Part shown: positions 28,150-36,523 of the stretch, one piece after another
How positions within the stretch are numbered: position 1 is the first letter of the stretch
Layout of the letters: each line of letters begins with the position of its first letter
Assembly (NCBI RefSeq): GCF_964204645.1
Contig: NC_134034.1
Coordinates: 5,554,914 to 5,618,913 of the forward strand
Length of the DNA: 64,000 nucleotides
Source of the DNA: Tubulanus polymorphus
Lineage: Eukaryota > Animalia > Nemertea
Direction: 5' to 3'
The notes under the pieces: generated by a model
The model's database searches: none
Told to the model about the DNA's origin: nothing
What the model saw: only the letters and a program-made list of their open reading frames with translations
Translations under genes and position numbers: made by a program

Positions 28150-29066
28150 GGGTGTCACTAAACCTAAGACCCCCCGAACCTAAGACCTAAGACCCGTTAG
28201 GTCTTATGTTTATGGGGTCTTAGGTTTAGCATATCATATATAGGTGTCACAAAACCTAAGACCCATAAACCTAAGACCCCCATATATCTCGGCCAAAGAA
28301 CACAAAAAACGAATTAGAGTCAGGTCTTATGTTAATAAACCTAAGACCCATAAACCTAAGACCTAAATGAACCAAATTTGAATAAATGATCCATCAATAG
28401 TGTATTCAAATTTGGTTCATTTATCAGAGACCAGATATTTGGGGGTCTTAGGTTTATGGGTCTTAAGTTTAGTATATTATATATAGGTGTCACTAAACCT
28501 AAGATAAGACCCATAAACATAAGACCTGACTCTAATTCTTTATTTGTGTGCTTTGGTCGATTTTAAAGGGTTCCAATATATAGGTATTAGTTAAAATGAT
28601 CCATCAATAGTCTATTGAAATTTGATTCATTTATCAGAGACCAGATATTTGGGGGTCTTAGGTTTATGGGTCTTAGGTTTAGTAGGTGTCACTAAACCTA
28701 AGACCCATAATTATAAGACCCGACTCTAATTCTTTATTTGTGTGCTTTGGTCGATTTTAAAGGGTTCTAATATTTAGGTATTAGTTAAAATGATCCATCA
28801 ATAGTCTATTTAAATTTGGTTCATTTATCAGAGACCAGATATTTGGGGGTCTTAGGTTTATGGGTCTTAGTTTTATTATATTATATAAAGGTATCACTAA
28901 ACCTAAGACCCATTAACATAAGACCTGACTCTAATTCGTTTTTTGTGTACTTTGGCCGGTATATTTGGGGGTCTTAGGTTTATGGGCCTTAGGTTTAGTA
29001 TATTATATATAGGTGTCACTAAACCTAAGAACCGATAAACATAAGGTCTTAGGTTTAGCGACACCC
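28150..29066. mobile_element. Foldback/MULE-like non-autonomous element with internal tandem and inverted repeats
   Basis: GGGTGTCACTAAACCTAAGACC ... GGTCTTAGGTTTAGCGACACCC termini, flanked by GCTCCATTT(G) 9-10 bp TSD (28140-28149, 29067-29076). Interior is built from AAACCTAAGACCCAT motifs in both orientations and ~200-bp repeat units. Confidence 0.8.
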
Positions 29067-30146
29067 GCTCCATTTGTTATAAAATCATTGAAACAAAGAA
29101 AATTGCTTATGTAGAAAGCAAATATTTATGTTTATGTTTTATTGGGAGAGTTCTTTCCTTCATCAATGTATGATAATGATGTTTTCGTTCACCATTTAAT
29201 CAATACTGAAATTTTTAAAGTGTTCATTAGACGCTGGGCTATATGTCGGTATTTACACGTAGATGCCGCGGGTGCCATCAGGTGAGTCGATCGCTTTTCG
29301 AAATGAAATTTAAGTTCATTTTGTGAAAACTTTATGAGGTGTATGTATAAGGTGCGTGAAACTCCAGACCAATTTTGGAAATGAGATAAAACCAAGAATT
29401 CTAGTCTTCATGAATTTTTTATAAAACGAGGAATAATTTTCGGTACTTCTGACATTAGGGTAGAAACGGATGAAAAAAAATTGAAGCATTTGACATAAAT
29501 TGCCCATGGGCAAAGTGTGGTTTACCTTGGAAGCTAGAGGTTGTTTGGAGTAAGGGCAGTGCTTGAAAAATCTTATTATTTCGTGACTTCAAAGTTCTAG
29601 AAGTTTATAATGTATTTTATCTTTCTTACAGTATTATTTTGTAGTCAAATAAGGCCAAAGATAAACATTTGTTTATGGTCTACGTCCAAAATTACAGGCA
29701 GGCGCGGCAGGGAAACTATTTCATATTTTCAAAAAAATATTTTTCACAATATGAAAAAATATTCAAATAAAATTCATATGATGTCACATAACAGAGGGTG
29801 GCTGAATATTGAGTCTTGGGAACGAAACCTCTTCCAATGTATGGCCGCGGAAGCTAAAACACCGGGGCGAAGCATTAGATCGTTTTAAATCCTGGAATTT
29901 ACCACTACAATATTCAGACCTCGACCTATACCCATAGTTTGCTGCTTAGTATTTTCAGGTCACAAGAAATTACAATTTATTACAAATTCCATCAAACAGA
30001 AAACACAGCGCTCATCTTCTGCTACGACGATTATTCAGCCTGTTATCATACCAAACGTGCACGCACCAAGCAGCGCTACAGCATCACCATATAGTAGTCT
30101 GTATGAGCGAGCGTATGTTTGTGTGTGCAACAGTCTTATGTTTAGC

Positions 30147-30485
30147 CATCCTCCCTCTGCAGGGACTCGAACCTGATGGCATCGCTACACTCAGCCACGG
30201 CACGAACCCCTGCATCAGTAGACCGGGTGCGCAGGTACATGCGTAGCTTTCCGAACGAAAACTGGCGGCACCAATCAGATTGCTCGTTGTATAATCGTTG
30301 AGGCAAATTTCAAGGAAGAACTATAAATGGGAAAACCCGGGCTAAAATAAAACGGGATTTCTGATTGGCTAAAAATCACATCATCTTAACTGCGCATGTA
30401 TCTGCGCACACGGTCGATTATGGCAGGGTTTCGTGCCGTGGCAATCTCGATGCCATCAGGTTCGAATCCCTGCCGGGGGAGGATG
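30147..30485. mobile_element. MITE with long imperfect TIRs and 9-bp TSD (MULE-like)
   Basis: CATCCTCCCTCTGCAGGGACTCGAACCTGATGGCATCG ... CGATGCCATCAGGTTCGAATCCCTGCCGGGGGAGGATG; TSD ATGTTTAGC at 30138-30146 and 30486-30494. Confidence 0.85.
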
Positions 30486-31802
30486 ATGTTTAGCAAGCAC
30501 TCTCGCGCAAGTAGAGGCCTTGTATAGTGAACGTTCGCTTCACTTCAATCTCAATCACCAATCACCGGGTATTAAAATGAAACAATACCTTTGGCGATAT
30601 GTGAAATAATTATATTCTCACCAGCAAAGAGCATTTAAAATTCGCACATTTACGGCACCAGTCCAATAAAACGTTCGCCATTAATGGCTTGCCCATAATT
30701 ATTTTAGTAGCGCCGGAATTCCCCGTATATCCCAAAAACAGCCAATCACATTCGCTCGTAGAGACGACGCCCCCCGATTGAGGTCATTGCAATTTTATGC
30801 GCAAGAGCTAAGAATTTTCCCGCCAAAAGCAGTTTTTCGTCGAATTTAAACAAAGTTGACCATGTCATCGACGGAGGCTCATCATGTCTTCAATCGCATC
30901 GATTATACGTCGTTTAACCCGAGAACCAATGAAAAAAATGCTCTCATAAAAAAAAACGTAACGCAATTTTACATGAATTGGCTCAATGCCAACCTCATAC
31001 TGCTGACAAAGGTAAACCAAAAACACTTCACCCAAAATATCATAAAAACGGAAGAAATACATGAATGGAGGTCTGTTATCAAATGTTACTACTAGGGAAG
31101 TGAATATCTAATGAAAAATATTTGAAAAATGTGTTGTATTTTTGGATTAATTTATCTTTCTGACAATTTATCTATCCAATTATCTATTATCGTACATCAA
31201 AACAACAATGTCTATTTAAATTTTCCGGTTTTCTCCTTTTTAGAAATATCAGCAAGGATCAGAGTGATACCATCACGAGCCGTATTATTTATGAATTCCA
31301 ATGTTCAGACTAACCCAAATATGATTCCGTTAATGCTGAGGTCTTATTTACAGATTTATGAATCTTTGCTAGGTATATCAGCCAAGAACCGAAAAAGAAT
31401 TGTTTTAACGTATGCTGATTTATGGTCTGCGTTGGCAGATAAGCTTACTACATCGTTTGTTATCTGACACCTAAAAACAGCAACGCATACCAGAAACCAA
31501 CGTTACGAATTAAAAAGCTGAAAATGGTTAGGAATTATTTGCAGTAGGCCCCATAAGATTGTTGCCTCGGAACCAGAAATAACAGTAGCGCAGCAACTTG
31601 GTATTATGTACCTATAACGCAGTCTATACATTATGTTAGTGAAGCGCTCCGATGTGTTATTTCGCCCTAGTTTTTCGTTCGGTTACAGGTATTCCGCCGG
31701 TAAACGGTCATTTTCCCAGTCAAAATTATCTGAATTTTTCCGTATCTGTGTCAACAAAATTCCCCAAACCAGTAAGTAATATGACAAATTGTAAGTGGCA
31801 AA

Positions 31803-32030
31803 TGTAACGATCCTGTCTTCTAAATGTCTAATACCTCCTTTAAGGATGATCTACGCTCCGACGATAGGCTATAAAGGGGCAATTTATCCCGAACAAAAGA
31901 ACAACGAACTTACTCGGACAATGGATTCACTTCAAAGAGACCCCACCTAGCGGTGATTTATTACACTATACATTACACTAATTACCGACGGTAAACTATA
32001 TACATAATAACGTGTACGAGACCCGTTACA
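31803..32030 (-). repeat. 3' LTR of the Gypsy element (228 bp)
   Basis: TGTAAC...GTTACA inverted termini (TG..CA), directly downstream (minus strand) of a G-rich PPT. Only one LTR is present, so no pairwise confirmation. Confidence 0.75.
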
Positions 32031-32599
32031 CCACCCCCCCCCCTCCCCCCGAAAGTGTCGTAAGCGTAGCTTACAACCGTACATACGTCCAGTATTTACA
32101 GTTCATATATCATGTCGATATTCAGTGTCCGTTACAAAATGTCATAAACTACGGGTTACGCAAACACACACATTCGCACACATTCGGTATTTACAGTTCG
32201 CAATTCGCAATAAATCCAATTATCCAACGCGACCCAACTGATACACCAACACTACGCTTATGTTCCACTGGGGGTAGATTAGTGGCGATTAAACCATTTG
32301 AAGGTACTCGCTCAATAATCAACACACTTGCCTAGGTCGGTGAACAGCAGGTTTCTACGTGCAAAAATCACAGAAGGTTCATCAGGTCGGTTGGGCCTCC
32401 TGTAGAAGGTTCCAACATGAGTCTGATTCCGTATCAACAAGGTAAGCTAAAAATCAAAATCAAAAACAACTGCCGTACCCAAATTCGAGGTAAAACATGT
32501 CAGCTCGGTAACCAGTTATGGGTAATGAAAGGAGAGTATGGATGATTTAACCGCTGTACGGTGCCCACCCTACTACCACATCATATCCCCAAGTGACCC

Positions 32600-33402
32600 T
32601 TAACCACAGTGACGATATGCCGGGTGACAGTCTCCATAGCCGAACGATGGTAGTGATTCTCTGAAGTCCGCATCCTCCAGGTCGGGGTGGTTTATGGTCC
32701 GAAATCCCGCTTTCTCGCAGTGCGTGTTTATCCGGTCTATGGGGTCCACCGTCTCTCGTTTTCCTCTCATAACAGGAGCTTTGGGCCAAAGGTGGAACAG
32801 AGGAAGGTTTGGGTATTTCCTAGCCAGAACATCGTATAGCGAGTAAATACTCTCCGTTGTCTGGCCATAGTTACGGACGTTATTAATACCGTGGTTAACA
32901 ACGACTGCACCACAGGTGACTCGTGTTGTTTTAACCCCCCCCCCCCCATCCAGCTGCTCCAGACGCTCCCCAGGGTGAGCAATGATGAACAGTTCGTTTG
33001 TGGATCGGGAATCTTTGAACATGGAGTCACTGAGGAGTAAAATCGGACTCCTAAGCTCCCCGACCTTCGCCGCACTGCCCAATACCGAAAATTTCGGGTC
33101 AAGTACGCTGCCCATTCCACCGTACTGGATTAAGGTCTTTTTCAGAACCTTAAACCGGCTAGTGGAGAGGTGGATTGGCGATCTCCTTGACGAAGCGACC
33201 GCTGCCTATATTCCCTGAATCACCGCACCCACCACAACCATTTTAGGGCCGTAAAGGTTTTCAACACATGACTGTACCAACTCACCCGCATTCAATTCAA
33301 ATAAGGGCTCCTGAGCCCGTGCAGCTTTCTCACGTCCTTGATGAGCTGACCCTTCAAACGCTTAGTCTTGGAGTTAAAGGCGTCCAATGTGGGAGAATCC
33401 AT
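32600..33402 (-). pseudogene. Extra ORF of the Gypsy element, SGNH/GDSL hydrolase-like
   Basis: ORF 32600-33115: ILLLSDSM (block I), AHPGERL (block II), VVVNHGINNV (block III), His near the C-terminus. The frame can be extended to an ATG at 33402 across one stop and one frameshift. Confidence 0.65.
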
Positions 33403-33477
33403 ATTTCAGTCTGTTCCTAAAAAGAGAGTAGCGACAAAACATTTCTATAGTTATGCGTTCTATGAGATTCAACCATG

Positions 33478-33797
33478 AATAATATTAATACAATAATATG
33501 TGTCTTATATAGCGCTAAATCCAGCCAGGCTGCTCAGAGCGCTTTACATTTTTTTTCGATATTATTACCCCGGCCAATCTTTACTCTAACATGTATCAGT
33601 CATCTCTCTCTGGCGAGAAGTAACACCGAGCTGCCAACAAACGCTCAGGAGTCATCTATCAGGCCAGGTACCCATTTACTCCTGGCTGGAGAGAGGCAAT
33701 GAGGATAAGTGTCTTGCCCTACGGCAATGTACGGGGTTCGAGCCCACGACCTGGCTTCCCAGAGTCGAGCGCTCTAACCGCTCGGCCACACCGCTCC
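33478..33797 (-). mobile_element. tRNA-derived SINE with L2-type 3' tail
   Basis: Minus strand: A box TGGCCGAGCGG, B box GCTCGAACCC, central GGGCAAGACACTT...GTAAATGGGTACC core, tail TGTAAAGCGCTCTGAG...AGCGCTATATAAG followed by ATT-rich repeats. Confidence 0.85.
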
Positions 33798-34888
33798 AAT
33801 GGAGGTGCTTTCTCTCCCATTCTCTAGCCATTTTGCCTTGTTGTCCATTATCACTAGACCAGCGCTGCTGACAGCAGGTGCATGTTTTCGATGAACCGAT
33901 ACATGACCTGGCGAACTCGCGGTATCTTACTGGTGGTCAAATAACATTCCGAGACCGAAGCTGGTTGCGATTGTCCTGGAAAACCTCAGCAGGCATCGCT
34001 GGAGCTTCGACTTGGTCGATGTCCGCTGCTTGCGGACCAGGCTCATTGTCAGTCCCCACCCGATCAGGGGTTAACTCCTCCTCAGACCCCGAGCTGTCCA
34101 AATTCATTTCTGGATTTCGGCGCCAGTAATAGGGAATATGGGGGTTCAAGCCAAAGGTCGAAGTGTCGAAAAATAAATTCTCGCACACTCGAATTTATTT
34201 TTCAACCCTTCCACCTTTGACTTGAACCCCCATATTCCCTATTCCTCTTAATAATATTCATATATATTATGAATATGAATAACTTCTAAAGTCGGAAGCA
34301 AATAAGAAGTACTACCGTTCAACATGTAAAATCAATATAGATAAATCAATATAATAAGGGTAAAAAATATTTTAAAGCGTAAGGTTTCAGCGAACTCTAA
34401 CAAAAAGTAACGAGTAATCAACGAGTTGATGAAAATATCAATTTTAATAAAAAAATTACTAATAAATTATGAATGAACAGATACTACCTAACAAAAAGTA
34501 AAGAGTAATTAACGAGTTGAAGAATATCAATTTTAATAGAAAAATTACTAGAAAAATTAGCTGAAAATATAAAATATATTGGCTGAAATATATAAAAATA
34601 GATTATATTATCACTATTTCTATACTTAGTTTAATAATTTATATTTATAATTTTTATAAAAACTAATTTATATATGTATGTATGAGAGGTACGAGTAAGA
34701 AACCAAGAATTCTTGCCATGAAAGTAAGAAAGTAAGAATTCTTGGTTTCTTACATATATAAATTAGTTTTTATAAAAATTATAAATATAAATTATTAATC
34801 TAAGTATAGAAATAGTTACAATATAGCTTATTTTTATATATTTCAGCCAATATACTTCACATTTTCAGCTAATTTAACAGTCTATTGC

Positions 34889-35191
34889 TTAATTTGAATT
34901 ATGTAATTTATCATTCAATTCGTGAATATATTTATGATTCCTTAATGATTTTGAATTTTTATATTTTTTATTGCATATTTCACAGCATTTAATATTATTA
35001 ATTCTATCTGAAATATAATTTATGTTTTCTTTTAATTCTGTATACCTAATTTTACAGTTATCATAAAATTCAAATAACTGTTTCAATGAGTAAACTGAGA
35101 ATGAAAATAAACCTGAAACCATAATTATTAATTTCAGTTGCTCTTGATTTCTGTAAATAAGATGTAATAAATTTAATATATTTTCACCCAT
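34889..35191 (-). CDS. Hypothetical 100-aa protein: hydrophobic segment, coiled coil, C2H2 zinc finger
   Basis: Intact ORF in very AT-rich DNA; CEICNKKYKNSKSLRNHKYIH fits C-x2-C-x12-H-x3-H; AAATAAATG start. Confidence 0.7.
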   Translation of the reverse strand: MGENILNLLHLIYRNQEQLKLIIMVSGLFSFSVYSLKQLFEFYDNCKIRYTELKENINYISDRINNIKCCEICNKKYKNSKSLRNHKYIHELNDKLHNSN

Positions 35192-35211
35192 TTATTTATT
35201 TAATTAATTCA

Positions 35212-35424
35212 CTAATCTGATTCAATATTAACTTTTTTATGAATATTTTTTCTGTGATTGTTTCCATTTAACTTCTTTAACTTTTTACTCAATTTCATAT
35301 TTTCATTCAATAGATCTTTACTGATATTTTCATAGTAAAAGTAATGTGCAGCCAATATTAACCCTCCAGCAACTAAATAATGTTTTAAATCACTTTTCCC
35401 AATTGGAATGCTGAAATCTTCCAT
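35212..35424 (-). CDS. Hypothetical 70-aa protein with one predicted TM helix and basic tail
   Basis: YLVAGGLILAAHYFYY hydrophobic stretch followed by a Lys-rich segment; AAATAAATG start; stop is 20 nt from the next ORF start. Confidence 0.6.
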   Translation of the reverse strand: MEDFSIPIGKSDLKHYLVAGGLILAAHYFYYENISKDLLNENMKLSKKLKKLNGNNHRKNIHKKVNIESD

Positions 35425-35547
35425 TTATTTAAGAAAAAAAATTAAAAGATTGATAAGGAATCTGAAATATCTTATTTTGAATATTTAGAGTTGAATTATT
35501 ATTTTTGAGTTATGATATTTTGATTTAAGATGGTGTGATTTATTGCT

Positions 35548-36060
35548 TCAAGTATAATATTTTCCACAATTACATAACGCTTTTTCATTAGGTTCATATT
35601 TAGGTGGTTCGATTTTATTGTCTAAATTACATTGAATTCCAACATCTTTGAATGATTTTTCATTTGGAATGTCAGGGATAAATCTTTTCTCTTGTAATCT
35701 GAAAAATAATACATAACATTCTCTGAAAGGGCAATAACGTAAGTGTATGAATAATGATTTGTGTGAATTTGCATTATTAAAAAGTGATTGCATTTCATCT
35801 GTAATTATCAAATGTTGATCTATTTCTTCAAATGTTGTGAATTTTGGAATTATTGTATTGAATAAGATATTATCTTTTTCATTCGAGAACTCTATCATTA
35901 GATAATGATTTTTAAACATTAATTCAGTAATATTTTTCACTTGAAAACGGAAACGTGCAGTTTTAATCAAATCTTTATTGGGAATAAAATTTTTAATTGT
36001 AAAATATTTTTCTAATTCATGTAAATCGATTTCTTTGAATTGTAGTATTTGTTCATTCAT
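35548..36060 (-). CDS. Hypothetical 170-aa protein of the hairpin-TIR element
   Basis: 510-nt open frame in very AT-rich DNA starting just inside the right TIR (TATAAATG). The C-terminal tail has KDVGIQC and PPKY motifs and a CNC. Confidence 0.7.
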   Translation of the reverse strand: MNEQILQFKEIDLHELEKYFTIKNFIPNKDLIKTARFRFQVKNITELMFKNHYLMIEFSNEKDNILFNTIIPKFTTFEEIDQHLIITDEMQSLFNNANSHKSLFIHLRYCPFRECYVLFFRLQEKRFIPDIPNEKSFKDVGIQCNLDNKIEPPKYEPNEKALCNCGKYYT

Positions 36061-36523
36061 TTATAAGTAATTTTTCTATTAAAATTGATATTTTCTTCAA
36101 CTCTTTAATTACTCTTTACTTTTTGTTAGGTAGTATCTGTTCATTCATAATTTATTAGTAATTTTTTTATTAAAATTGATATTTTCATCAACTCGTTAAT
36201 TACTCGTTACTTTTTGTTAGAGTTCGCTAAAACCTTACGCTTTAAAATATTTTTTTACCCTTATTGGAGATTTATCTATAGTGATTTTACATGTTGAATA
36301 GTAGTACTTCTTATTTGCTTCCATTTTTATATCAAATATTCTATTAAAATTGATTTTAGAAGTTATTCATATTCATATGTATGAATATTATTAAGAGTAA
36401 TAGGGAATATGGGGGTTCAAGTCAAAGGTTGAAGGGTTGAAAAATAAATTCGAGTGTGCGAGAATTTATTTTTCGACACTTCGACCTTTGGCTTGAACCC
36501 CCATATTCCCTATTACTGGCGCC

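Larger units (their letters stand above)
34125..36517. mobile_element. 2393-bp non-autonomous Polinton/Maverick-like element with hairpin-containing TIRs and three small ORFs
   Basis: AGTAATAG...CTATTACT termini; GGCGCC TSD at 34119-34124 and 36518-36523. TIRs 34125-~34549 and ~36066-36517. Removing the element plus one TSD restores the Gypsy integrase frame (..EAFVLVRRRNPEMNLDS..). Markedly more AT-rich than its flanks. Confidence 0.8.

Noticed and set aside
28150-29066. Possible CRISPR-like repeat-spacer array
   Set aside because: Repeats occur in both orientations, the intervening sequences are themselves repeated, the context is eukaryotic, and the block has TIRs and a TSD.
33725-33797. 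tRNA gene
   Set aside because: The A/B boxes belong to a SINE head followed by core and L2-type tail; no complete cloverleaf.
33937-34188. Twin ORFs starting MCENLFFDTSTFGLNPHIPYYWRR (33937-34188 minus and 36454-36660 plus)
   Set aside because: The shared N-terminus is just the TIR read outward from a GTG; the rest of the minus-strand ORF is the displaced Gypsy integrase tail.
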